60,012 bases of DNA from a virus (IMGVR_UViG_3300021956_000015:1-60012); one strand, 5' to 3'. Positions 16,778 to 25,878 are shown, counted from the first letter of the stretch. Notes: generated by a model not told the origin, from the letters alone. Program-made: numbers and translations.

Positions 16778-16965
16778 CCACCGACGAGGCATACGATCTG
16801 GCAGAACAGGTGGACGCGTTGCGTGAGCGTCTCTGCGAGGCGTTCCCGTGCGAGTCCTGCGACGGGCAAGGCGGCAGCGCCGGCCATGACGTTCCGTACC
16901 CTGAGCCGTGCGCCGACTGCTGGGGGCGTGGATGGAGCATCCCGGACGACGAGGACGACGAGTGA
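16774..16965 (+). CDS. Small zinc-finger protein
   Basis: CESCDGQG and CADCWGRG (DnaJ-type CxxCxGxG). Confidence 0.7.
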   Translation: MTTDEAYDLAEQVDALRERLCEAFPCESCDGQGGSAGHDVPYPEPCADCWGRGWSIPDDEDDE

Positions 16966-17246
16966 CCAACGAGCAGTTCATCTTCGCCAACTTCAAGGGC
17001 CATGACTGGACTGATCTCGGCGTCGATGGCATAGCCCCGTACCGCGTCTGGCGGATTGCGGGCAGCCGTAAGCGGCGTGCCATGGGATGGAGCGACTGGA
17101 AGTTCTCTGGCCCCACGCCGGAGAGGATTCCGCAGGTGATCTTCATGGTCACCAAGGGAACCATGGACCCCATCCAGAAGTTCCTGAAACTGCGTGATGC
17201 GAAGGAGTTTGCGTACCTATTGGCTACCGGACAGGAGGACACATGA
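16962..17246 (+). CDS. Hypothetical protein
   Basis: GTGA coupling. Confidence 0.65.
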   Translation: MTNEQFIFANFKGHDWTDLGVDGIAPYRVWRIAGSRKRRAMGWSDWKFSGPTPERIPQVIFMVTKGTMDPIQKFLKLRDAKEFAYLLATGQEDT

Positions 17247-17599
17247 GCTTGGACTGGGACACCACAGCGTGCGACGAGCCGACGCCGAAGACAGACGAGG
17301 AACGTGACCTGCGAACAGCCCTGATCTGGGGCAGCATGGCCATTGGACTCGGCTCCATCACTAAGGACAACGTCAATGAGTGGGTATGGCGCCTTTGGCA
17401 CCAGCGTTCCACCATCGACGACATCCACCTTGGCGATGATGCCACGCCTGAGATGGTCAAGGAATGGGTGGAGCGGTGGATCGGCCTGTCAACCAACGCA
17501 CCCACCATGCCCCGCCCTCGGTGGCTGAACCGCGTCAAGGACATCATGGCAGAGAGGACCGACCGTGCGCTGCGGTGCATCGAAACCGAAAGCGTGTGA
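17243..17599 (+). CDS. Conserved hypothetical protein
   Basis: MSLDWD..IG-GSIT--N..IGLSTN; AGGAGG RBS. Confidence 0.8.
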   Translation: MSLDWDTTACDEPTPKTDEERDLRTALIWGSMAIGLGSITKDNVNEWVWRLWHQRSTIDDIHLGDDATPEMVKEWVERWIGLSTNAPTMPRPRWLNRVKDIMAERTDRALRCIETESV

Positions 17600-17757
17600 G
17601 TGGGGCCGGCATGAGTGGACGGACCGGCCGTCCACTCGCCGGCCGGGGTGGGTGACAACGTCCTGCCGTACGTGCGGCAAGGTGTTGGGCACCCGCCCAA
17701 GCGACCTGAACGAACCAAAGTCCGGGCAGCGTGGCCCGGGCGGAACCTGGAGGGGCA

Positions 17758-18009
17758 ATGGCTGAAGACACACACCGGCAGACGCGTACGTACACCGTGA
17801 CGCTCTCTGGCCGTGAACGCGAGGATCAGGCGAAGCCGTACGACTACGTTGTCAACGCCGCGTGCTTGGCGGACGCAGTGAGAGCAGCCGTGCGATGGCA
17901 CCTTGCTGGCGACGATGAGTCGGAGGAAAAGATATGGGTGGAGTCCTGCCGCCCTGGCGTGATTCGGAACGGACACTTCAACGATCTCCGGGAGGGCACA
18001 GACCAGTGA
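17758..18009 (+). CDS. Hypothetical protein
   Basis: GGAGG RBS before ATG 17758. Confidence 0.65.
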   Translation: MAEDTHRQTRTYTVTLSGREREDQAKPYDYVVNAACLADAVRAAVRWHLAGDDESEEKIWVESCRPGVIRNGHFNDLREGTDQ

Positions 18010-18674
18010 CCAAGACGATCAGCATCCTTGAACGCATCAACGGCGACGCCGTTGCGTTCAGCAAGGCGCGAGCCAAGTACGACAAGGCGTTTCGCCATCT
18101 CATCATCACCACCCCCAGCCTGTCTGCTTCACACTTCTGGCCCATGCTGGACGCGTTTCGGCTGACCGTCCTGCAGGCCATGCAGTGGCGACAGGAGAAG
18201 GTTGCGGAGGCTGCGGCAGACGAGTTCATGCGGAACGCCAAGGTTACTCCGGTGGACGGTGGACTTCCGGCCGCCGTGCATTTCGCCATCTCCTACCGAG
18301 ACTTTGCCCGCAAGGCGTACTCCGGTGGCGACCAGTGCAACTTCAGTTTTGAACGGGGCGACGACGGCTACGGCGATCTCATGGACGCCGTAGTCCTGCT
18401 GGGGCGTGAGTTCAACGAGCGTCTGTACGAGGGTGACTTCGGCAACCTCGCTGAGTTCAACAAGACTGTTATGGACGTCTGTTGCAACAGCGTGACGGAG
18501 CGCAACTTCCCGTTTCGGTACGCCGACGACCCTACGGGCAGCCGCACGTCGCTCGGCAGCAGGCTTCGCAAGATGGTCCTGCAAGGTGAGAACTACTTCA
18601 GCATGTCGCTGGAGGAGGCAGCCCAGCGTTGGGTTGCCATTGCCGCGTTCGATTCGTCCGAGGAGAACGACTGA
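18006..18674 (+). CDS. Hypothetical protein
   Basis: GTGA coupling, 222 aa. Confidence 0.7.
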   Translation: MTKTISILERINGDAVAFSKARAKYDKAFRHLIITTPSLSASHFWPMLDAFRLTVLQAMQWRQEKVAEAAADEFMRNAKVTPVDGGLPAAVHFAISYRDFARKAYSGGDQCNFSFERGDDGYGDLMDAVVLLGREFNERLYEGDFGNLAEFNKTVMDVCCNSVTERNFPFRYADDPTGSRTSLGSRLRKMVLQGENYFSMSLEEAAQRWVAIAAFDSSEEND

Positions 18675-18874
18675 TGCCGTATCCTGACAGCGAATACCCC
18701 AGCATTCTGAGGGGGCGTGACAAGCGAGAGAGTCAGCGGTTGCTTGAGGCTGCGCCGGCGCTTCTTGCGGCCCTTAAGGCCCTGCGACCTGATGCTTGTT
18801 CGCATATCCATTGCGGTCATCCGTCTTGCCAGCAGGCTGACGCCGCCATCGCCAAGGCAGAAGGGAGGAACTGA
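18674..18874 (+). CDS. Phage early protein (AAP-LL family)
   Basis: RLLEAAPALLAAL...AAIAKAEG. Confidence 0.7.
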   Translation: MPYPDSEYPSILRGRDKRESQRLLEAAPALLAALKALRPDACSHIHCGHPSCQQADAAIAKAEGRN

Positions 18875-19188
18875 TGGCAGCGATCCAAGGCAAGTGGTAT
18901 GCGGCATCCAACGGGCATGACGCCTACCCTGCTGACCCAAGCACGGTGAGGTTTGTCTATGCCACACAGCCAGATGGCGAGCGGTACATCGTCGCCAAAG
19001 TGTGGTCGGATGGGGATGACTATGGGTCCACGGCCAGGCTGGTCGCCGCTGCACCGCAGTTGCTGGCTGCGTGCAAGCAGATGATGGGCCTGATTCAGGA
19101 CATCGACCGGGCACTGGGCCGAAACCCGGGCCTGATCTTCGATGCGATGGCTGCGATCCGGCAGGCAGAAGGGAGGTCCGATGCATGA
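18874..19188 (+). CDS. Phage early protein (AAP-LL family)
   Basis: ARLVAAAPQLLAAC...AAIRQAEG. Confidence 0.75.
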   Translation: MAAIQGKWYAASNGHDAYPADPSTVRFVYATQPDGERYIVAKVWSDGDDYGSTARLVAAAPQLLAACKQMMGLIQDIDRALGRNPGLIFDAMAAIRQAEGRSDA

Positions 19189-19355
19189 CGCTGAGCTGGT
19201 AGTGCTGATCGTCCGGCTGATTCTGGTGCTGGCAGGCAAGTTGATGCTGGTCATCAACTGAGGTTTTGCCCGTGCCTGAGTGACGTTTCGGCGACTTCGG
19301 TCGCCTGAGTTTATTCATCGCCGTAGCCTCGCCGGTACGGCACTGACTTGGTTTT

Positions 19356-19391
19356 CCCAGTCGGCAGCGTGCTGACTGGGTTTTCTTTTTT
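19356..19391 (+). terminator. Intrinsic terminator directly before the DUF932 RBS (possible attenuator)
   Basis: cccagtcggca / tgctgactggg stem followed by ttttctttttt. Confidence 0.75.
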
Positions 19392-19404
19392 CTAGGAGGT
19401 TCCC

Positions 19405-20133
19405 ATGACTGGCCTGATCGTTCACGCTGGCGGCACGGTGGTTGGCCGCAACGACATCGACGCCGTTCCCGTCCCTGGCGGCACGCACACTTGGACCCCC
19501 GTTGCCCACGGCGACGTCGTCCGCATGGTCGAACGCTCGCTCACCAGCAGCGGCATGGAGATCACCGACGCGTCCTTCGCCCTCGCCGCTGGCGGGGCCC
19601 GGATGTTCGGCGTGATCACGCTCGGCGGCGGCACCGACTACGCCACCGTCGTCGGCGTCCGGAACTCCCATGACAAGAGCTTCCCGGTGTCGTTCTGCCT
19701 GGGCTCCCGGGTGTTCGTCTGTGACAACCTGGCCTTCTCCGCCGAGGTGGTGGTGAAGACCAAGCACAGCAGACTGGTGCTGGACCGCCTGCCTCGCCTC
19801 GTCAACGAGGGGGTTGCCAAGCTGATCGATCAGCGTGGCAATCAGCACAAGCGGATCGAAGCCTACAAGACCATTGAGGTCAAGGGGCTGCCGCACCTGC
19901 ATGACCTGACGCTGCGGGCGTACCGTGCCGGTGCGATCCCGGCCCGGGCCATCGCCGATGTGCTCAACGAGTACGACAGCCCGCGGCACCCGGAGTTCCA
20001 GGAGCCCACCCTGTGGTCCTTCTTCAACTCCGTGACCGAGGTTCTCAAGGAGTACGGCGATCTGCCCCGCCGTACGCAGCGTCTGCACGGCGTGGCCGAC
20101 GCGGAGTGTGGCAGCGTTCTTCTGGCGGTCTGA
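19405..20133 (+). CDS. DUF932-family protein
   Basis: T-TWTPVAH, RNSHDKS, RVFVCDNLAF, KHS, TLWSFFN-VTE. Confidence 0.85.
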   Translation: MTGLIVHAGGTVVGRNDIDAVPVPGGTHTWTPVAHGDVVRMVERSLTSSGMEITDASFALAAGGARMFGVITLGGGTDYATVVGVRNSHDKSFPVSFCLGSRVFVCDNLAFSAEVVVKTKHSRLVLDRLPRLVNEGVAKLIDQRGNQHKRIEAYKTIEVKGLPHLHDLTLRAYRAGAIPARAIADVLNEYDSPRHPEFQEPTLWSFFNSVTEVLKEYGDLPRRTQRLHGVADAECGSVLLAV

Positions 20134-20164
20134 GTTCTCCCCCCCCCACAGCAAGGAGGTTGAT

Positions 20165-20500
20165 ATGGCGAAGCGGTATGACAAGTCGGCGTTCATCTCT
20201 GCGTACCACCAGGCATACCTGGCGGGCAAGACGGCCACTCAGCTGGCGGCGGAACTCGGCATCCCCGTGACCACTGTGCACATGCGTGCGTTCACGGTCC
20301 GGGATGACGGGATTCCGCTGCCCAGCCTGAGGCGGTCCCGCACGCTGGCGGCCAAGCCCGTGCAGGTGCGGGAGCCGACGCTGGGCGACGAGCTGGAGTT
20401 CGATACGGCGTTCCTGCACAAGCCCGTCAAGGTCACGGTGCATGCGCCGGCTACGTTCACCATCACCATCACCACGGAGGGCGTCGATGCTGCCGTCTAA
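20165..20500 (+). CDS. Putative HTH DNA-binding protein
   Basis: TATQLAAELGIPVTTVH; AAGGAGGT RBS. Confidence 0.7.
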   Translation: MAKRYDKSAFISAYHQAYLAGKTATQLAAELGIPVTTVHMRAFTVRDDGIPLPSLRRSRTLAAKPVQVREPTLGDELEFDTAFLHKPVKVTVHAPATFTITITTEGVDAAV

Positions 20501-20687
20501 GGTCACGCTGGAACTGTCTCCGCAGATGTTTGCCTACCTGCAGAGGGTAGTGGAGAGGGACATTGAGGATGCCAAGTCCATCCTCATCGCAGAGGATTGC
20601 GAGCACACGGAGGAGGAACTGTCCCACGCTCGCCGGATGCAGCAGTTGCTGCACACGGTGGAGCAGGTGCAGGTCTACTCGCACTGA
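20487..20687 (+). CDS. Hypothetical protein
   Basis: GGAGG RBS. Confidence 0.65.
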   Translation: MLPSKVTLELSPQMFAYLQRVVERDIEDAKSILIAEDCEHTEEELSHARRMQQLLHTVEQVQVYSH

Positions 20688-20722
20688 TGATTGCTCGGTA
20701 AACTTCACAGAACGGAGGGCCT

Positions 20723-21061
20723 ATGGATTTCTCAGCGATCTCACCTGATGACTGCATGCACAAGGTGTCAATGGAAGTAGCCGACGAGCTGCGCGACACC
20801 CTGCGAGAGTTGTATGTCGGCATGTATCAGCGGAGCGAAACCCTGGATGGCACCATGCCCAACGTGGTGCTGGCAGGATTCACGCTCTTGTGGCTGGAGT
20901 CCGTGCACGCCGTGCACGGGACGATGGACTACGAGACGGCCATCAGCCTGCTGAAAAGCATCCGGCCTGATGACCCGTCCGTGGCGAAGGAGATGAAGCG
21001 TGCGGCCAGGGATTTCCTGCGTCGCTCTCGGTGGTTGCCCAAGCAGAGGAGGAGCACATGA
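20723..21061 (+). CDS. Hypothetical protein
   Basis: GGAGG RBS, 112 aa. Confidence 0.7.
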   Translation: MDFSAISPDDCMHKVSMEVADELRDTLRELYVGMYQRSETLDGTMPNVVLAGFTLLWLESVHAVHGTMDYETAISLLKSIRPDDPSVAKEMKRAARDFLRRSRWLPKQRRST

Positions 21062-21423
21062 GGAAGCAGTTCTACATTGTCGGACAACTGTCTGACGGCC
21101 ACGTGCCTGGCTATGTCTTCCGGAGGTTCACTGTTCCCGTGCGGGAGGTTGAGGGCATGTGGATTCCTGACGGCGAACCCACCGAAGAGACGCACCTCTA
21201 CGACCAGGCAGAGATTGCGATAGACCTTGACCACTGGCAGGTGAACACCACCAACACGGCCGGAAGTCTGGACGACATTGTCGGACCTAGCGGGTGGAAG
21301 GTCATGGCCAGGGACTGGCTTCCTGACGACTATGTTCCTCCACCTGACGGTGAGATCGAACAGCGTCGCAAGGACGCCATTGCGTACCTCAAGAAGATGG
21401 GGGTGTGGCGTGATCCATCCTGA
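21058..21423 (+). CDS. Hypothetical protein
   Basis: AGGAGG RBS, ATGA coupling. Confidence 0.7.
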   Translation: MRKQFYIVGQLSDGHVPGYVFRRFTVPVREVEGMWIPDGEPTEETHLYDQAEIAIDLDHWQVNTTNTAGSLDDIVGPSGWKVMARDWLPDDYVPPPDGEIEQRRKDAIAYLKKMGVWRDPS

Positions 21424-21483
21424 GTTCATCTTCGCAGTGATCGTTGGCGTCCTGATCTTCTTCGGCACCACACCGAGGCACTA

Positions 21484-22233
21484 ATGGCAAAGGTCTGGGG
21501 ATACGTTCGCGTCAGCACCGACGATCAGGAGAACTCTGTCCACAACCAGATCGAACGCATCAAGGAGCAGGCTGCCAAGGAGGGCATGCCTCTCGCCATG
21601 ATCTATGTGGACGAGGATGTGACCGGGAAGATTCCACTTCGCAACCGGCCGCAGGGCCGGCTGCTGTGGGATGCGTTGGAGCCTGGCGATGTCATCGTCT
21701 TCAACAAGGTGGACCGCGTGTTCCGCAGCGTCCGAGACGCCACGGACACCGTGCACACCTGGCTGGACAAGGGCATCAGCCCCGTGATCTTGGACCTGGG
21801 GATCGACCTGCGGACGCCTGCCGGCCGCCTGTTTTTCCACCAGCTCGCCTCGTTCGCGGAGTTTGAGAGGGAGATGATTGGCCAGCGGGTACGCGAGGTC
21901 CACTCTTATTTAAGGAAGCACGGGCTGCCACGCGGTAACCGTCCCTTCGGCTGGCAGCGTGACCGCCCGGGGAAGGGTGCGCGGTTCGTTCCTCTGGACG
22001 CAGAGCGGCGACTGGCTGAGCGGGTGTGCGAGATGCACTCTTCCGGGATGTCTTACTCCGCGATTGCCTGGGCCCTGATGCGGGAGCGGGTGACGAAGCC
22101 GGGGAAGAAGCCGTCCGACAAGCGGGGCGTTTGGTACTCCGTGTCGGAGATTCACGGGCTGGCGAATGCTCATCGGCAGGGATACCCAATCGTCCCGCGA
22201 CGTCACGTGCGAGCCGGCGGGACGCAAGGCTAG
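21484..22233 (+). CDS. Serine recombinase (resolvase/invertase catalytic domain plus short C-terminal DNA-binding region)
   Basis: YVRVSTDDQ, DRVFRS, FAEFEREMI-QR, PFG motifs. Confidence 0.92.
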   Translation: MAKVWGYVRVSTDDQENSVHNQIERIKEQAAKEGMPLAMIYVDEDVTGKIPLRNRPQGRLLWDALEPGDVIVFNKVDRVFRSVRDATDTVHTWLDKGISPVILDLGIDLRTPAGRLFFHQLASFAEFEREMIGQRVREVHSYLRKHGLPRGNRPFGWQRDRPGKGARFVPLDAERRLAERVCEMHSSGMSYSAIAWALMRERVTKPGKKPSDKRGVWYSVSEIHGLANAHRQGYPIVPRRHVRAGGTQG

Positions 22234-22687
22234 CGGACCGGATGTTGAGCGAGAACTGCTCGCTCATGTCCACTATCCTGGCCTTGCCGATGAACCTGGC
22301 CTCAGCCATCTCGCGGTCCCTGGCTGGCATGCCTGAGATGGCGTCGCTGAGGTGGTCTATTTCGTCCGTGACGCCCGTCTCTGCCTCAGCCGCCTCCATG
22401 CCTACCCGCTCGCCGGGTGCCCGCGTAAGCCTCCGTATGGCCTTCAGCATGCCATTGAGGATGGCCCTGGCGAAGTACTTCTTGGGGTAGGGGAGGAGGG
22501 CCGGGTTGTAGGTGCGGGCAGCCCGGCACATGGCCAGGTATCCCTCTCCCTCCAGGTCCGGGATCAGCGCAGACCGCTGCCACGCCGGCCGGCTCTGGAC
22601 GAAGTAGTGGGCCGCGGTGGCGACCAGGTCATAGTACTCAGTGACGAGCTGCTGCTGCTGCCTGGAGAGCTTGGATCGCTTGCTCAT
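21776..22687 (-). CDS. Sigma-70-family RNA polymerase sigma factor
   Basis: DLEGEGYLAMCRAARTYNP (region 2) and helical region-4-like segment; C-terminal tail runs antisense into the recombinase. Confidence 0.75.
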   Translation of the reverse strand: MSKRSKLSRQQQQLVTEYYDLVATAAHYFVQSRPAWQRSALIPDLEGEGYLAMCRAARTYNPALLPYPKKYFARAILNGMLKAIRRLTRAPGERVGMEAAEAETGVTDEIDHLSDAISGMPARDREMAEARFIGKARIVDMSEQFSLNIRSASLASRRLARDVAGRLGIPADEHSPARESPTRSTKRPACRTASSPASSPAPASGPRQSRSKTSRKSASRTPAQPVAALRPEERTAHPSPGGHAASRRDGYRVAARASLNKSGPRVPAGQSSPSQTPRTRRAGGKTGGRQASAGRSPGPRSRG

Positions 22688-22838
22688 GATGTTCCAGTCT
22701 GGCCTGAGTCTTGCTGACAAACTCAGGCATGCCCTCCATGGCGTGCGCGATCAGCGCCACCTTGGCGTGGATTGACATGGCCCATGGGACCACGGCAATC
22801 AGGACGGTGATTACGATCAGCATCTGGTCAGCAGTCAT
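22638..22838 (-). CDS. Small membrane protein (holin/XhlA-like)
   Basis: N-terminal TM helix followed by coiled coil. Confidence 0.55.
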   Translation of the reverse strand: MTADQMLIVITVLIAVVPWAMSIHAKVALIAHAMEGMPEFVSKTQARLEHHEQAIQALQAAAAARH

Positions 22839-23004
22839 CCTCAACCCCCTCAGCAATCATCTCCAGCATCCCGCCGGCCGCCTCGTCCGGCAGCTTCCCC
22901 TTCCGGGTGTCAGCCATGATCCGTCTGACAGCGTCCGCCCATTCCTCCGGAGGGAACTGGTAGACCCAGGCCTCCGTCGCTGAGTAGGCGGCCAGGCGGA
23001 TCAC
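22828..23004 (-). CDS. Hypothetical protein
   Basis: GTGA coupling, 58 aa. Confidence 0.55.
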   Translation of the reverse strand: MIRLAAYSATEAWVYQFPPEEWADAVRRIMADTRKGKLPDEAAGGMLEMIAEGVEDDC

Positions 23005-23231
23005 TTCTTTTCGATGCACTGCCCATCCGGGCAGGCGTCCTTTCGCTCCGTGCATGGGCAGTTCGTCCAGTTCAGGTTGTCTCCGGTCCTCACCTTTCCA
23101 GTGCCCTTGCACTTAGGGCAGTTCGGCAGCGGGGGCTTGGGGGCCGGCTTGGCCTCTTCCATCTGGGCGACGATGGCCGAGGTGGTGGCGATGATGGCCA
23201 CGTAGTCAGGCGTGTAGGCGTCGAAGAACAT
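23001..23231 (-). CDS. Small Cys-rich protein
   Basis: CPKCKGTGKVRTGD..CPC..CPDGQC. Confidence 0.7.
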   Translation of the reverse strand: MFFDAYTPDYVAIIATTSAIVAQMEEAKPAPKPPLPNCPKCKGTGKVRTGDNLNWTNCPCTERKDACPDGQCIEKK

Positions 23232-24187
23232 CAGATTCTCCCAATGGTTCCGAGGTCAGGGAGCGTGTTCGGCGGGAATCCCTGGACGTCGGAGTACGCC
23301 CAGATGTCCTCCGACTCCACGCACACGGAGTACCCGGCATCGTCGGTGACGATCATGCCAGGGACCTGGGGCGGATAGTCATCCGGCCAGTTGGGGACTG
23401 GAGTGTTCCACGCCGCCCAGCTGTTGGCGATGAACCAGACGCGGAACGGCCAGAAGGTATGCGTGTCGTCATACCCAACCGTGGCCATGTCATGTCCCCA
23501 CCCTGGCGATGAACGCGGGTGGATGTTCTTGCCGTTTGGCTTGCTGCTCCACGCGGCGTTCTGCCCGGAGTGGATGCCGTACCCGTTGAACAACGCGTCC
23601 ATGGCGTCGTCCATGCTCTTGACCAGGGCGATGGTGCCAACCTTGTTCCGGTTGCACAGCGTCTGGACGTCCGGCGGGACGCCTCCGTTCCTGCCCCAGC
23701 GTGTTCCGATCTGGCCATCGTAGTTCGTCAGGTCCACCACGCCCGGGAAGTTGTCACGCGGCAGGAACCCAACGTCACGCTCAAACCGGCTGGCCCTGGC
23801 TGGGCTCATGCCCTCGCCGCCGTGACCGCGGGCCCCGTATGTGGGCTCCGTCGCGGTTCGCCTGAACCAGGAGAACGGTGCGCCGTGTACCAAAAGCGAT
23901 ACAGCACGCGTGCAGTCCCTGGCGTTGCGGCTGCCATGGCTGACACAGTCGCCTACGGTTTGCCTCTCGGAGAATGCCTTGGGGTCCAGCTTCAGCACGT
24001 AACCCCAGAGCAATGCACGCTTGCCCTTGCCAGACGACGGCGACGAGAAGTAACGCACGGGGTTTGTGGCGAGGAACTCTTCCTTGTCACGCGGAGACGG
24101 CACATAGCCAGCGAATCCTCCGGCCTCGTACGCCCTGACAAGCTCGTCGGAATTGTGGAACAAGTCTTCATCTTGCGGCATTGGCAA
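23231..24187 (-). CDS. Papain-like (C1) cysteine peptidase
   Basis: Q--GDCVSHG, GHDM-TVGYDD, IANSW: Gln/Cys/His/Asn catalytic set. Confidence 0.85.
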   Translation of the reverse strand: MPMPQDEDLFHNSDELVRAYEAGGFAGYVPSPRDKEEFLATNPVRYFSSPSSGKGKRALLWGYVLKLDPKAFSERQTVGDCVSHGSRNARDCTRAVSLLVHGAPFSWFRRTATEPTYGARGHGGEGMSPARASRFERDVGFLPRDNFPGVVDLTNYDGQIGTRWGRNGGVPPDVQTLCNRNKVGTIALVKSMDDAMDALFNGYGIHSGQNAAWSSKPNGKNIHPRSSPGWGHDMATVGYDDTHTFWPFRVWFIANSWAAWNTPVPNWPDDYPPQVPGMIVTDDAGYSVCVESEDIWAYSDVQGFPPNTLPDLGTIGRI

Positions 24188-24671
24188 CCTCCTTCAGAGC
24201 AGCCACCAACGCGGCACGCTTCTCGTCAGTCAGAGCCACATCGTCCTTGCCAATCGCCTTGACCAACAGCTCATCGATGGCGACGTCCAGCCCGGAGTAC
24301 TTCCCGGGCAGGTCGGTTCCCTTGAACGCCAGGTCCAACGCGTCGGCATTGGCTTTCCGCCACTTGCCCACGGTGGCGATGATGTGGTCATCCCGCGACA
24401 CAACGTCCGCCATGGCCGTGTAGTACGCGCGGACGCGTGCCTTGTCCTGCTGGCTGGCGGACTTCAGGATCGTCTGCACCTTGCTCTGCGGCCCGGACGG
24501 CCCGGCCGTGTCCTTGGGCGGAATGAACGCCACCACCAGGACCACCGCGGCGATCACCGCAAACAGGTGCTGCAGCACCACGGCCGGCGTCATCGACTTG
24601 ATCAGCGGCCACGCGTAGCTCAGGGCCACACACGCCGCCACGCACACGGCAACGATCTGATAGTGGGTCAT
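24168..24671 (-). CDS. Membrane protein
   Basis: Two N-terminal hydrophobic helices plus a soluble helical domain. Confidence 0.75.
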   Translation of the reverse strand: MTHYQIVAVCVAACVALSYAWPLIKSMTPAVVLQHLFAVIAAVVLVVAFIPPKDTAGPSGPQSKVQTILKSASQQDKARVRAYYTAMADVVSRDDHIIATVGKWRKANADALDLAFKGTDLPGKYSGLDVAIDELLVKAIGKDDVALTDEKRAALVAALKEVANAAR

Positions 24672-25558
24672 ACGATTCGCTTCTCGCTTTCGTCCAGGAG
24701 GCTTGCGGGGTTGATAAGCCCCCAGCCGTACAGGTGGTCATGCCCTGGGGCGCCTGCATCGACCGAGGTGTTCTTGACCAGGGCGTGCGCCTTCGACCCG
24801 TTGCGAGGGGGAGGCATCTGATTCCAGCCCAACGCCAGCACGCCGGCCACAAACGGCGCCGCCATGCTGGTGCCGGAGAGCGTGGCGTACCCGCCACCCA
24901 GCCAGCAGGATGTGATCTCCTCCCCTGGGGCGACGACGTCGATCTCCCGTCCACGGCTGGAGAACTCGCACACCCCTCCATGCCGGCCGGCGGCACCGAC
25001 GGCGATGGCCTGCTCGTAGGCGGCAGGGTAGGACACGCGCCCCCCGTCATTGCCGGCGGCGCAGACACAGACAACGCCTGACGCGTCCGCCGTCTTGATC
25101 GCATCCGTCAGATCGGCGGTGCGGACAATCGACCCAAGGCTCATAACGATGATGTCGCACTTGGCTTCGATGGCGAACAGGATTGCTCTGGCAACGGACT
25201 CCAGCGACCCGGAGCCGTTGTTGTTCAGCACCTTGAGGCTGACGATCTCGGCCTGCGGGGCGACCCCAGTCATGGGCCCGCGGGCAGCGATGACGCCAGC
25301 CACGTGAGTACCGTGACCGTTGGTGTCCGTAGCAGAGCAGTCCTTGGTGAAGTTCCGGTGCAGCTTGACCACGCCCTGGAGCGCCGGGTGGCTGTCGTCC
25401 ACGCCGGTATCAAGCACACCCACCCGCACGCCGGCCCCCTGGTGACGACTCCAGAGGGCCGGCAATCCGTACGCGGAGATAGACCAGTCCAGGCCTGAGG
25501 AGGGGAGGGCCTGTGCGACTGCCTCAACGCGGTACGGCGGCAGGTGAGCGAGCATCAC
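24668..25558 (-). CDS. Subtilisin-like (S8) serine peptidase
   Basis: VLDTGVD, HGTHVAG, AAGND, SGTSMAAP. Confidence 0.95.
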   Translation of the reverse strand: MMLAHLPPYRVEAVAQALPSSGLDWSISAYGLPALWSRHQGAGVRVGVLDTGVDDSHPALQGVVKLHRNFTKDCSATDTNGHGTHVAGVIAARGPMTGVAPQAEIVSLKVLNNNGSGSLESVARAILFAIEAKCDIIVMSLGSIVRTADLTDAIKTADASGVVCVCAAGNDGGRVSYPAAYEQAIAVGAAGRHGGVCEFSSRGREIDVVAPGEEITSCWLGGGYATLSGTSMAAPFVAGVLALGWNQMPPPRNGSKAHALVKNTSVDAGAPGHDHLYGWGLINPASLLDESEKRIV

Positions 25559-25878
25559 TCATCCCTGGAGATCAGGACGCGGATGAGTGAGGTGACGATG
25601 GGGGCCACCACGTTCAGCAGGATCGGCAGGGCGATGCCCAGGCTCTGGATTTTGGCCAGGTCCTCCTGGGCCTCCTGCTCCGTGATCGCCTGGGCCTGAG
25701 CCTGGAACAGCGGGAACGATTCGATGATCGGCAGCAGGGCCTTGGCGACCTGGTAGACGATCTCCAGCTTCTCGGCCAGGCCGGCGGCGTCGTTCCACTT
25801 GGAGACGATGGCGGAAATCTCCCGCAGCACCCCCACGTTCTGGAGCAGCCACCGGACAACGACGAACTTATCGACCAT
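25555..25878 (-). CDS. Hypothetical amphipathic/membrane protein
   Basis: GAGGAG RBS; hydrophobic C-terminus. Confidence 0.7.
   Translation of the reverse strand: MVDKFVVVRWLLQNVGVLREISAIVSKWNDAAGLAEKLEIVYQVAKALLPIIESFPLFQAQAQAITEQEAQEDLAKIQSLGIALPILLNVVAPIVTSLIRVLISRDE

Noticed and set aside
19272-19343. Hammerhead ribozyme
   Set aside because: The CUGANGA and GAAA core elements do not occur together on one strand
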